Assembly (NCBI RefSeq): GCF_009914755.1
Contig: NC_060945.1
Length of the DNA: 64,000 bases
Reading direction: 5' to 3' (one strand)
Source of the DNA: the human T2T-CHM13v2.0 reference genome, Homo sapiens
Part shown: piece by piece, positions 20,701 to 37,800 of the stretch
How the letters are laid out: each line of letters begins with the position of its first letter
Position numbering within the stretch: the first letter of the stretch is position 1
Program-made: the position numbers and the translations under genes
Notes under the pieces: model-generated
Database searches by the model: none
What the model saw: the letters and a program-made list of their open reading frames with translations, nothing else
Told to the model about the DNA's origin: nothing

Positions 20701-23106
20701 TTTCTGGGATTTGTCTACATTGGGCTTTGTGACATATCTTTTCACTGATCTCCCAGGAGATGTAGCTCTATTCTAGGCTCGGCCTACAGGGTCTTTGTGA
20801 CATATTTCTGCACTGATCACCTAAGTGATGTAACACTTGTGTAGGCTCTGCCTACAGGGGCATTTTGACATATCCCTGCACTGTTAACCGAGGTGATGTA
20901 ACTCTTGTCTAGGCTGTGCCCACAAGGGGATTGAGACATATCTCTTCCCTGATCCCGAGTTGATCCAACTCTTGCCTGCTCTCTGCCTACTGGGGACATT
21001 GTGACATGTCTCAGCACTGATTTCCCAGGTGCTGTAACTTTAATCTAGGCTCTGGCTACACGGCATTTTGACATATCACTGCACTGATCACCCAGGTGAT
21101 ATAACTCTTTTCTAGGCTCTGCCTACAGGGGACTTGTGACATATCTCTGCACTGATCACCCAGGTGATATAACTCTACTCTAGGATCTCCCTACAAGTTG
21201 CTTTGTGACATATCCCTGCAATGATCACCCAGGTGATATACCACTTGTCAATGCTCTGCCTACAGGGGCATTGCGATGTATCTCTGCACAGATCACCTAG
21301 GTCATGGAACTCTCGTCTAGGCTCTGCCTACAGTGGCATTGTGACATATCTCTGCACTGATCACCCAGGTGATGTAACCCTTTTCTAGTATCTGCCTACA
21401 GGGTGCTTTGTGACATAGCCCTGCAATGATCCCCTAGGTGATGTACCTCTTGTCAAAGCTCTGCCTGCATTGCGATGTATCTCTGCAATGATCACTTAGG
21501 TCATATAACCCTTGTCTAGGCTCAGCCTACAGTGGCATTGTGACATATTTTTGCACTGATCATCCAAGTGATGTAACTCTTGTCTAGGATCTGCCTAAAG
21601 GGACTTTGTGACATTACTCTGCACTGATCACCCAGGTGATGGGACTCTTGTCTAGGCTCAACCATCACGGGGTACTGTGATGTATCTCTGCACTGATCAC
21701 CCAGGTGATGTAACATTTATCTAGGCTCTGCCTACAGGGGCGTTTTGACATAGCTCTGCACAGATCACCTAGATTATGTAACTCTTGTCCACTCTCTGCC
21801 TACAGGGGGCATTGTGAAATATCCCCTCACTGATCACCCAGGTGATGGTACCCTTCTCTATAGTCTACCTAGAGAGGGATTTGTGACATTTCTCTGCACT
21901 GATCACCCAGGTGATGGAAGTCTTGTCTAGGCTCTGTCTATGGGAGCATTGTGTCAAATATCAGCAATGATCACCCAGGTGATGTAACTCTTTTCTAGGC
22001 TCTGTCTACAGGGATTTTTGGGACATATCACTTCACTGATAAGCTAGGTGATGTAAGCCTTGTATGGGCTTTGCCTACAGAAGGCTTTGTGACATACCTC
22101 TGCACTGATCTCTGAGGTGATGCAACTCTTGTCTAGGCACCGCCTACTGGGGACATTGGTACATAGCTCTGCACTGATCACCCAAGTGATGAACACTTGT
22201 CTTAGATCTGCCTACATGGACACTGTGACACATCTCTGAACTGATCAACCAAGTGATGAAACTCTTGTCTAGGCTCTGCCTACAGGGGCTTTGTGACACA
22301 TCTCTTCAATGATCACCCTGGGGAGGGAACTCTTGTCTACGCTCTGCCTGCAGGAGGCTTTATGACTTATACCTGCACTGATAACCTAGGTGATGTAACA
22401 CTTGTCTAGGCTCTGCCTACACGGGAATTCTCACATATCTCTGCACTGATCACCCGGGTGATGTATCTCCTGTCTAGGTTCAGCCTACAGGAGCGTTTTG
22501 ACATATCTCTGCACTGATCACCCAGTTGACGTAACACTTGTCTAAGCTCTGCCTACAGGGGCATTGTGACAGATCTCTCCACTGCTCACCCAGGTGATTT
22601 AACAATTGTCTTGGCTTTGCCTACAGGGGCCTTTGTGATACACATTTCCACTGATCAAGCAGGTGATGTAACCCATGTCAAGGTTCTGTTTACAGGGCTT
22701 TTGTGACATATCTCTGCACTGATCTGCCCAGGGAGGAAACACTTGTCTACACTCTACCTTCAGGACGCTTTACGACTTTTCCCTGCACTGATCACTAGGT
22801 GATGTAACACTTGTCTAGGCTCTGTCTACACGGGAATTGTCACATACTTCTACACTGATCACCTAAGTGATGTAACCCTTGTCTATGTTCAGCCTACTGG
22901 GGATTTCTGACATACCTATGCGCTGATCACCGAGGTGATGTAAATCATTTCCAGGCTTTTTGTACAGGGGACATTGTGATATATCTCTGCACTGATCACC
23001 CAAATGATGCAAATCTTCTCTGGGCTCCACAGGGAGGGGGCATTGTGACATATTTCTGAACTGATCATCCAGGAGATGTAACTATTCTCCACGCTTCGAC
23101 TAAAGA
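17731..23106 (-). repeat. Beta-satellite array (~5.4 kb)
   Basis: Continuous 68-bp monomers. Confidence 0.95.
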
Positions 23107-25246
<2,140 letters not shown>

Positions 25247-27824
25247 ACACATCTCTGAACTGATCAACAAAGTGATGTAACAATTGTCTAGGCTGTTCCT
25301 GCAGGGGCTTTGTGACATATCTGTGAACTCATCGCCCAGGTGACGGGACTTTTGTCTAGGCTCTGCCTATGGGGGCATTGTGACATATCTCTACACTGAT
25401 CACCCAAGTGATGTAACTCTTGTGTTGTGTCTGCCTATGGGGTCATTGTGACATATTTCTGCAATGATCACCCAGGTGATGGGACACTTGTCTAGGCTCT
25501 GTGTATGGGGGCTTTGTGACATATCTCTGCACTGATCAGCAAGGAGATGTAACGCTTGACTAGGCTCTGCCTACGGGCATAGTGACATATCACTGCATTG
25601 ATCACTGAGCTGATGTAACTCTTGACCAGGCTCTGCCTATAGGGGGCTTGTGACATATCTCTGCACTGATCACCCAGGTGATATAACTCTTGTCTAGGGT
25701 CTGCCTACAGGGGGCTTGTGACATATCTCTGCACTGATCACCCAGGTGATATAACACTTCTCTAGGAACTGCCTACAGGATGCTTTGTGATATATCCCTG
25801 CAATGATCACCCAGGTGATATACCACTTGTCAAGGCTCTGCCTACAGGGGCATTGCGATGTATCTCTGCACTAATCACCTAGGTAATGTAACTCATGTCT
25901 AGGCTCTGCCTACAGTGCCATAGTGAAATATCTCTACACTGATCACCCAGGTGATGTAACTCTTTTCTAGTATCTGCCTACAGGTTGCTTTGTGACACGT
26001 CCCTGCAATGATCACCTACGTGATATACCACTTGTCAAGGACCTGCCTACAGGGACATTGCGATGTATCTCAACACTGATCACCAAGGTCATGTAACAGT
26101 TGTCTAGGCTCTGCCTACAGTGGCATTGTGACATATCTCTGCACTGATCACCCAGGTCATGTAACTCTTTTCTAGTATCTGCCTACAGGGTTTTTTGTGA
26201 CATATCCCTGCAATGATCAACCGGGTGATGGGGCTTTTGTCTAGGCTCTGCCTAAGGGGGCATTGTGACGTATTTCTGCACTCATCACCCAGGTGACGGA
26301 CTCTTGTCTTGGATCTGCCTATTGGGGTATTTTGAGATATCTCTGCACTGATCACCCAGGTGATGGGACTCTTGTCTAGGCTCTGCCAAAAGGGGGCATT
26401 GTGACATATCTCTGCACTGATCACCCAGGTGAAGGGACTCTTGTCTAGGCTATGCCTACAGGGGCTTTGTGATATATTTCTGCAGTGATCATGCAGGTGA
26501 TGTAACTCTTGTCTATACCTGCCTACTGGCGGCATTGCGGCATACTTCTGCACTGATCACCCAGGTGATGGACTCTTGTCTTTGATCTGCCTATGGGGCC
26601 ATAGTGACATATCTCTGCACTGATCACTCATGTGATGTAACGCTTGTATAAACTGTGCCTAAAGGGCAATTGTGACAGTTATCTCCACTGATCACCCAGG
26701 TGATGTAACAATTTTCTGGGATTTGTCTACAAGGGGCTTTGTGACATATCTTTGCACTGATCTACCAGAGATGTAACCCTTGTCTAGGCTCGGCCTACAT
26801 GGGCTTTGTGACATATTTCTGCACTGATCACCCAGGTGATGTAACTCTTGTTTAGGCTCTGCCTACAGGGGCTTTGTGACATATCCCTGCACTGATCACC
26901 CAGCTGATGTAACTCCTTTCTAGGCTCCACCTACAGGGGGTATTGTGACATATCTCTGCAGTGATCACCCAGGTGATGTAACATTTCTAGGCTCTGCCTG
27001 CAGGGGCGTTTTGACATAGCTCTGCACAGATCACCTAGGTTATGTAACTCTTGTCCACTCTCTGCCTACAGGGGCATTGTCAAATATCTCTGCACTGATC
27101 ACCCAGATGATGGGACTCTTCTCCATACTCTGCCTAGATGGGGTTTGTGACATATCTCTGCACTGATCACCCAAGTGATGGAAGTCTTGTCTAGGCTCTG
27201 TCTATGGGGGCATTGTGTCAAATATCTGCACTGATCACCCAGGTGATGTAACAATTTTCTAGGCTCGGTCTACAGGGATTTTTGTGACATATCACTGCAC
27301 TGATCACCTAGGTGATGTAAGCCTTGTATGGGCTTTGCCTACAGAAGGCTTTGTAACATATCTATGCACTGATCTCTGAGGTGATTCAACCCTTGTCTAG
27401 GCACTGCCTACAGGGGACATTGGTACATATCTCTGCACTGATCACCCAGGTGATGGACTCTTGTCTTAGATCTGCCTACATGGACATTGTGACATATCTC
27501 TGAACTGATCAGCCAAGTGATGAAACTCTTGTCTAGGCTTTGCCTACAGGGATTTTGTGACACATCTCTGCACTGATCACCCTGGGGAGGGTACTCTTGT
27601 CCATGCTCTGGCTACAGGAGGCTTTATGACTTATACCCACACTGATAACCTAGGTGATGTGACAGTTGTCTAGGCTTTGCCTACACGGGAATTCTCACAT
27701 ATCTCTGCACTGATCACCCGGGTGATGCAAATCTTCTCTAGGCTCCACAGGGAGGGGTCATTGTGACATATTTCTGAACTGATCATCCAGGAGATGTAAC
27801 TATTCTCCAGGCTTTCTCTAAAGA
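25247..27824 (-). repeat. Beta-satellite array (~2.6 kb)
   Basis: Continuous 68-bp monomers. Confidence 0.95.
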
Positions 27825-28525
27825 GCGTCCGAAGGTGTTGGGAGAGCCTCAGCCGGAATTTCACGGACGGACAAGGGCACAGAGAGGCCAGCGGGCTCCC
27901 TTGCAGGTCAGCCGGTGTGCACAATGAGCACAGGTCTAGCTAGGATCCTGGCAAAGAGAGCTAGAGTTCTGCGTTCCACCTCCAGGCTCTCCATGGTGGC
28001 AGCTGGGAGGCTGCAGGGGCACGGGCTGGCCGGCGACGGTGGCACGGAGGCCCAGAGGAGGCGAGCCGCCGGAGGGGCGTCATGACTGGACGCTGCGTGG
28101 GCCCGATGTTTTGGGTGACTGGGGCCTCCTCCTAGCCCAGGGGAGGATGTATTTTCGGGTGGTGGGGGTTTGGGTGGGGAGGGGGTGGTCAGGAGTGTGT
28201 GGGGTGGTGGAAAGGCATGAGAGCTCTGCCTGGGATGCTCCCACAGCCCAGGCGGCTGCCCGCAAACCCATGGGTGCGCAGTAGTCGGCCCACCTGCTGC
28301 TACCTAGGGCGGCTCTGGGATCCCCATGATGCTCAGGAAAGAATGGTAGTTCTCCGCTGTGTGGAGTCTCTCACCGGGCCTAGACCTAGAAGGCAGGAAT
28401 CCCAGGCCGGTCAGCCAGGTGGAGGGTTTTGGGTGAGGACACACCCTTCCATAGCCAGCCAGGTTTTCCCCACGAAATAGAGGCCAACGCCCTGCCCTGA
28501 CCTGACCCAGTCCCAACCCTGTGTC

Positions 28526-29775
<1,250 letters not shown>

Positions 29776-29902
29776 TCACGTACACGGGCAGAGAGAGGCC
29801 GGCGGGCTCCCGTGCACCTCAGATGGCCTGTGCACTGTGGCAGGTGGAGCCAGGAGGCCTGCCCGGACAGCCAGCCAGCGGCTCCTATAAAGCCCCACAG
29901 GC

Positions 29903-29929
29903 AGGCAGGCTCCACCCCTTCATGAATGG
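29903..29929 (-). promoter_or_regulatory. D4Z4 binding element (DBE, 27 bp)
   Basis: CCATTCATGAAGGGGTGGAGCCTGCCT on the minus strand. Confidence 0.7.
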
Positions 29930-30968
29930 CGGTGAGCCGCCCCATCCTGGAAGGGAACCAGGGCGTCGAGGCATGCGGCCGGGGTTTGGTGGGGTATGGT
30001 TGTGGTGGGGCCGGAGAGACGAAGAGGGAGGGGGTGAGGGGGAAGAGGTGAGGGGGGTGTGTTTTGGGAGCTTGCTTTCAGGAGCTCTCCAAGAATCCCG
30101 CGGGAACTGGAAGCCACTCTCTGGGCTCCCACCAGTCTTCAGCAGGGAGAAACCGGCCTGGGAGGGTGGAGGGGAGTGTGGAACTGAACCTCCGTGGGAG
30201 TCTTGAGTGTTCCAGGCCCACTCTCCGTGAAGGAGGCAGTGCCAGTGGGTGTCGTCATTGCCGGGACAGTCTCACACATGCAGACGTGTGGCTCTCATTC
30301 ATTTCCACGTAGCAGACCAGAGCGAGACCCCAGAGAGAAGATGCCTCCCAGGCCTGATGGTCTGACGATGGATTCCCGTGAGAGGCAACATGGGGAGTCT
30401 GCAGTATGGCCGGTTTGAAAACTGGCAAGGAGAGCGAAGGCACCATGCCGGTCTTCCACACTTCCATGCATGTTTCCGGGTGCCCGCAGAGCTCCGGGAG
30501 CAAACAGTCAGCATGGCCACCCTTTCAGGGGCTGGAGAGACGTGAGCAACAGGCCGCCTTGCAGAGGCCAAAACCACGCGCGGAAACCAAAATCACGCCT
30601 CTGTCGTCCTGAGTGTGGCTCCTCCGTGGTCGAGGCTGTCGGCCTCGTGCTCCATTGCAGGGCTCAGCCTGGGGATGTTCGGTCTGTGAACCATTCAGGT
30701 GAAAACCCGAGGGCAACTGTAGTCCCAGTCTTTTGTCTCTGAGGAAACCGCCCATTCCCTGGGCCACGGAATCGGGGAGAATGAGTGCCCCGCCGGCCGA
30801 CGCAGCGGCTGTGGGCAGAGCCCTCAGCCCACGCCGGACACTTACCGTTTTCCCGGAGGGCGGGGGTCCCATTCTTCCCGGATGCCAAAGACCACTTTTC
30901 CTCTCTGCCTTCCTCCCTCTGTCCCGGGCTCCCTCCTGCCCGCACCCAGTCCCTGTGTCACTGTGTCT

Positions 30969-31014
30969 TTCCCTCCCTTCCTCCCTGCCTCCCTCCCTCC
31001 CTCCCTCCCTCCCT
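30969..31014 (+). repeat. Polypyrimidine (CTCC)n tract of the D4Z4 inter-unit segment
   Basis: ttccctcccttcctccctgcctccctccctccctccctccctccct. Confidence 0.85.
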
Positions 31015-31689
31015 ACTAATGTCCCTCCAACAACCTTCCGTCCCTCTAGGTCTCCTGTTCCTCTCTCCAGCTCTGCCCGCCTTCGCTCTCACCTGGAACG
31101 CTGAGCGTCCCCGGTGTGCCCTGGGCCTGGGGTCTGCGTTCCACCACCAGGTGCTCCTTGGTGGCAGCTGGGAGGCTGAAGGGGCACGGGCGGGTCCGCG
31201 ACGGTGGTGCGGAGGCACAGAGGAGGAGAGCCGCCAGAGTGTTGTCAGGCCTGGATGCTGTGTGGGCCCGGTGTTTAGCAGGACGGGGATCTCCACCCAG
31301 CCCAGGGGAGTACGCATTTTATGGAGGTGGGGATTGAGGGTGGGGAAGGTGTGCTCAGGCGGGGTGGGGTGGAGGAAAGGCAGGAGAGTGTTGCCCGGGC
31401 TGCTCCCACAGCCAAGGCGGCTGCCCACAAACCCGTACGTGCGCAGTAGGCGGCCCACATGCTGGTACCTGGGCCGGCTCAGGGATCCCCGGGATGCCCA
31501 GGAAAGAATGGCAGTTCTCCGCTGTTTGAGGTCTCTCACCGGGCATAGAACTAGAAGGCAGGAATCCCAGGCCAGTCAGCCCGGTGGAGGGGGCGGGGGA
31601 AGACACGCCCCTCCATAGCCAGCCAGGTGTTCCCCCCAAAAGAGAGGCCACCGCTCTGGCCCGAACCAACCCCTTCCCAACCCCGCGTC

Positions 31690-31850
31690 CTAAAGCTCCT
31701 CCAGCAGAGCCTGGTATTCCTCCACGCTGAGGGGTGCTTCCAGCGAGGCGGCCTCTTCCAAGGCCTCCATCTATCACCGGGCCTCCGTTTCTAGGAAATG
31801 TTGCACCTGCTGCAGAAACTCCGGGCTCCCCAGGAGCTCATCCAGCAGCA
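31690..31850 (-). pseudogene. DUX4L: DUX4-like C-terminal fragment, copy 6
   Basis: Encodes LLDELL...ALLEEL*-type sequence, truncated by satellite at ~31851. Confidence 0.85.
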
Positions 31851-34800
31851 ATGCATCCTGCAGTGATCCTGCAGTGCATCCTGCAGTGATCACGCAGGTG
31901 ATGAAACACTTGCCTATATCTGCCTACTGGCTGCATTGTGGCATATTTCTGCACTGATCACCCAAGTGAGGGACACTTGTCTTTGATCTGCCTATGGGAG
32001 CATAGTGACATATCTCTGCACTGATCACCTAGGTGATGTAACTATTTTCTTGGATCTGCCTACAGGGTGCTTTGGGTCATATCCCTGCAATGATTTCCCA
32101 GGTGATGTACCACTTGTCAAGGCTCTGCTTACGGGAACATTGCGAGGTATCTCTGCACTGATCACCTAGGTCATGTAACACTTGTCTAGGGTCTGCCTAC
32201 AATGGAATTGTAACATATCTCTGCACTAATCATCCTAGTGATGTAACTCTTGTCTAGGATCTGCCTAATCGAACTTTGTGACATAACTCTGAACTGATCT
32301 TCCAGGTGATGGGGCTTTTGTCTAGGCTCTGCCTAAGGGGGCATTGTGACATATTTCTGCACTGATCACCCAGGTGACGGACTCTTGTCTTGGATCTGCC
32401 TATGGGGGCATTGTGACATATCTCTGCACTGATAACACAGGTGATGTAACTGTTGTGTAAGCTCTGCCTACAGGGGAATTGTGAGAGATCTCGCCACTGA
32501 TCAACCAAGTGATGTAACCATTGTCTAAGCTTTGCCTACAGGGGGCTTTGTGACATAAGTTTGCACTGATTACCCTGGTGATGTAACTCATCTAAGTTCT
32601 GCCTACAGGAGATTTGTGACATAACTCTGCACTGATCACTTAAGTGATGTAACAGTTTTATAAGCACTGCCTACAGGGAATTTTGACAAATCTCTGCACT
32701 GATCACCTAGGTGATGGAACTCTTGTCTACCCTCTGTCCAAAGTGGGCATTGGGAAATATATCTGCACAGATCACCCAAGTGATTCAACTCTTGTCTAGG
32801 ATCTGCCAACAGGGGGTATTTTGAAATATCTCTGCACTGATCAACTAGGTGGTGTAACTCTTGTCTAGGCTCTGCCTACAGGGAGGTTTTCACATAACCC
32901 TGAACTGATGACAAAGGTGATGTAACTCTTGCCTAAGCTTTGCCTACAGGGGACATTGTGACATATATCTGCACTGATCACCCAGGTGATGCAACTCTTG
33001 CCTAGGCTTTGTCTACAGGGGACATTTTGACATATCTCTGCACTGATTACCCAGGTGATGCAACTCTTCTCTATGCTCTGCCTACAGGGGACATTGTGAC
33101 ATATCTCTGCACTGATCACCCAGGTGATGCAACTCTTCTCTATGATCTGCCTTCAGGGTACATTGTGACATATCCCTGCACTGATCACACAGGTGATGCA
33201 ACTCCTCTTTATGCTCTGCCTACAGGGGGCATTGTGACATATCTCTGCACTGATCACCCAGGTGATGTAACTCTTTTCTAGTCTCTGCCTACAGAGGACG
33301 TTGTGAAATCTCTCTGCACGGATCACCCGGGTTATGTAACTCTTTTCTAGGCTCTGCCTACGGGGGCATTGTGACTTATCTCTGCACTGATCACACAGGA
33401 GATGTGACACTTGTCTGAGATCTGCCTAGAGGGACGTTGGGACATCTCTCTGCACTGATCACTGAGGTGATGTAAAACTGATCTAGGCTTTGCCTACAGT
33501 GGGATTTGTGACATATCTCTTCACTGATCACCCAGGTGATGTAACTCTTGTCTAGGCTCTGCCTACAGGGGCGTTTTCACATATCCCTGAACTGATGACA
33601 AAGGTGATGTAACTCTTGCCTAGGCTTTGCCTACATGGGACATTGTGACATATCTCTGCACTGATCACCCAGGTGATGCAACTCTTCTCTATGCTCTGCC
33701 TACAGGGGACATTGTGACATATCTCTGCACTGATCACCCAGGTGGTGCAACTCTTCTCTATGTTCTGCCTACAGGGGCATTGTGACATATCTCTGCACTG
33801 ATCACCCAGGTGATGTAACTCTTTTCTAGTCTCTGCCTACAGAGGGCTTTGTGACATCACTCTGCAGGGATCACCCTGGTTATGTAACTCTTGTCTAGTC
33901 TCCGCCTATGGGGCATTGTGACTTATCTCTGCATTGATCACCCAGGAGGTGTGACTCATGTCTAAGCTCTGAATAGAGGGACACTGGGACATATCTCTGT
34001 TCTGATCGCTGAGGTGATGTTAAACTTGTCTACACTTTGCCTACAGTGGGATTTATGACTTATCTCTGCACTGATAACCCAGTTGATGTAACTCTTGTCT
34101 AGGCTCTGCTTACAGGGGGTATTATGAGATATCTCTGCACTAAACACCCAGGTGATGAAACTCTTGTCTAGGCTCTGCCTACAGGGGCATTTTAACATGT
34201 AACTGCACTGATCACCGAGATGATGTAACTCTTGTATAGGCTTCGCCGACAGGGGGCATTGAGACATATCTCTGCATTGATCACTGAGGTGATGCAACTC
34301 TTTTCTGGGATCTGCTTAAAGAGGGCATTGTTACATATCTCTGCCCTGATCACCCAGGTGATGTAACTCTTTTCTAGGCTCTGCCTACTGGAGACATTGT
34401 GACATATCTCCACACTGATCACCCATTTGATGTCACTTTTGTCAACGATATGGCTTCAGGGATATTGTGACATGTCACTGCACTGATCACACAGCTGATG
34501 TAACTCTTGTCTAGGCTCTGGCTACAGGGGGCTTGTGACCAATCTCTGCACTGATCACCCAGGTGATATAACCCTTGTATAGCCTCTGCCAAAATGGGGC
34601 ATTGTGACATAATTCTGCACTGATCACCCAGGTGATGGGACTCTTGTCTAGGCTCTGCCTACAGGGGCATTGTGACATATCTCTGCAGTGATCACGCAGG
34701 TGATGTAACTCTTGTCTACATCTGCCTACTGGTGGCATTGTGGCATATTTCTGCACTGATCACCCAGGTGATGGACTCTTGTCTTGGATCTGCCTATGGG

Positions 34801-37800
34801 GGCATAGTGACATGTCTCTGCCCTGATCACTCATGTGATGTAACGCTTGTCTAAGCTGTGCCTAAAGGGGAATTGTGAGAGATATCTCCACTGATCACCC
34901 TGGTGATGTAACAATTTTCTGGGATATGTCTACAGCGGGATTTGTGACATATCTTTGCACTGATCACCCAGGAGATGTAACTCTTTTCTAGGCTAGGCCC
35001 ACAGGGGCTTTGTGACATATTTCTGCAGTGGTCATCCAGGTGATGTAACTCTTGTTTAGGCTCTGCCTACATGGGCTTTGTGACATATTTCTGTACTGAT
35101 CACCGAGGTGATGTAACTCTTTTCTAAGCTCCAACTACAGGGGGTATTGTGACGTATCTCTGCAGTGATCACCCAGGTGATGTAACATTTATCTTGGCTC
35201 TGCCTACAGGGGTGTTTTGACATAGCTCTGCACAGATCACCTAGATTATGTAACTCTTGTCCAGTCTCTGCCTTCAGGGGGCTTTGGGATATATCTCTGC
35301 ACTGATCACCCAGATGATGGGACTCTTGTCTATGCTCTGCTTATAGGGGCATTGTGACTTATCTCTGCACTGATCACCCAGGAGATGTGACATTTGACTA
35401 AGCTCTGCCTAGAGGGACATTGGGACATCTCCCTGCACTGATCGCTGAGGTGATGTAAAACTTGTCTAGGCTTTGCCTACAGTGGGATGTATGACATATC
35501 TCTGCTCTGATCACCCAGGTGATGTAACCCTTGTCTGAGCTCTGCATACAGTGGCTTTGTGACATATTTCTGCACTGATCACCCAGGAGATGTAACTCTC
35601 CTTTAGGCTCTGCCTACATGGGCTTTGTGACATATTTCTGTACTGATCACCTAGGTGATGTAACTCTTGTCTAGGCTCCACCTACAGGGTGTATTGTGAC
35701 GTATCTCTGCACCAATCACCCATTTGATGTAATATTTATCTAGGCTCTGCCTACAGGGGCGTTTTGACATAGCTCTTCAAAGATCACCTAGGTTATGTAA
35801 CTCTTATCCGCTCTCTGCCAACAGGGGCATTGTGAAATATCTCTGCACTGATCACCCAGGTGATGGGACTCTTCTCTATACTCAGCGTAGAAGGGGGTTT
35901 GTGACATATCTCTGCACTGATCACCCAGGTGATGTAACTCTTGTGTAGGCTCTGCTTACAGTGGGTATTGGGACATATCTCTGAACTGATCACCTAAGTG
36001 ATGTAACACTTGTGTAGGCTCTGCCTACAGGGGCATTTTGATATATCTCTGCACTGTTACCCGAGGTGATGTAACTCATGTCCAGGCTGTGCCCACAGGG
36101 GTATTGAGACATATCTCTGCACTGATCCCGAAGTGATCCAACTCTTGCCTGGGCTGTGCCTACTGGGGTCATTGTGACATATCTCTGCACTGATCTCCCA
36201 GGTGCTGTAACTTTATTCTAGTCTCTGGTTACATGGCATTGTGACATATCACTCCACTGAACACACAGGTGATATAACTCTTGTCTAGGCTCTGCCTACA
36301 GGGGGCTTGTGACATATCTCTGCACTGATCACCCAGGTGATATAACTCTTTTCTAGGATCTCCCTACAGGGTGCTTTGTGACATATGCCTGCAATGATCA
36401 CCCAGGTGATGTACCGCTTGTCAAGGCTCTGCCTACAGGGACATTGCGATGTATCTCTGCACTGATCACCTGGGTCATGTAACTCTTGTCTAGGCTCTGC
36501 CTACAGTGGAATTGTGACATATCTCTGCACTGATCATCCAAGTGATGTAACTCTTGTCTAGGATCTGCCTAAAGGGACTTTGTGAAATAACTCTGCACTG
36601 ATCATGCAGGTGATTGGGCTTTTGTCTAGGCTCTGCCTAAGTGGGCATTGTGACATATTTCTGCACTGATCACCCAGGTGACGGACTCTTGTCTTGCATC
36701 TGCTTATGGGGGTATTGTGACATATTGATGCACTGATCACCCAGGTGATGTAAATGTTGTATAAGCCCTGCCTACAGGGGAATTGTGAGAGATCTCGCCA
36801 CTGATCACCCAACTGATGTAACTATTGTCTAGGCTTTGCCTACATAGGGCCTTGTGACATACCTTTGCACTGATCTCCCAGGTGATATAACTCATCTAAT
36901 TTATGCCTACAGGAGCTTTGTGACATATCTCTGCACTGATAACTTAGGTGATGTAACACTTTTATAAGCACTGCCTACAGGGAATTTTGACAAATCACTG
37001 CACTGATCACCCAGGTGATGTAACTCTTTTCTAGGATCTGACTACAGGGTGTTTTGTGACGTATCCCTGCAATGATAACCCATTTGGTGTACCACTCTTC
37101 AAGGTTCGGCCTACAGGGACATTGTGATGTATCTCTGCACTGATCACCTAGGTCATGTAACTCTTGTCTAGGCTCTGTCTACAGTGGCATTGTGACATAT
37201 CTCTGCACTGATCATCCAAGTGATGCAACTCTTGTCTAGGATCTGCCTAAAGGGACTTTGTGACATAACTCTGCACTGATCATCCAGGTGATGGGGCTTT
37301 TTTCTAGGTTCTGCCTAAGGGGGCATTGTGACATATATCTGCACTGATCACCCAGGTGACAATCTCTTGTCTTGAATCTGCCTATGGGGGCATTGTGATG
37401 TATCTCTGCACTGATCACCCAGGTGATGTAACTGTTGTATAAGCTCTGCCTACAGGGGAACTGTGAGAGATCTCGCCACTGATCACCCCAGTGAATTAAC
37501 TATTGTCTAGGCTTTGCCTCCAGGGGGCTTTGTGACATACATTTGCACTGATCACCCAGGTGATGTAACTCATCTAAGTTCTGCTTACAGGAGCTTTGTG
37601 ACATATCTCTGCACTGATCACTTAGGTTATATAACACTTTTATAAGCACTGCCTAAAGGGAATTTTGACAAATCTCTGCACTGATCACCTAGGTGATGTA
37701 AATCTTGTCCTCCCTCTGCCCAAAGGGTGCATTGTGAAATATCTCTGCACTGATCACCCTGGTGATTCAACTCTTGTCTAGGATCTGCCTACAGGGGGTA

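Noticed and set aside
32865-34756. Many short Cys/His-rich ORFs with repeated YITWVISAEICHNAPCRQSLDKS motifs, superficially like zinc-finger or repeat proteins
   Set aside because: They are translations of the satellite monomer, broken by frequent stops and frame changes, with no consistent C2H2 spacing.
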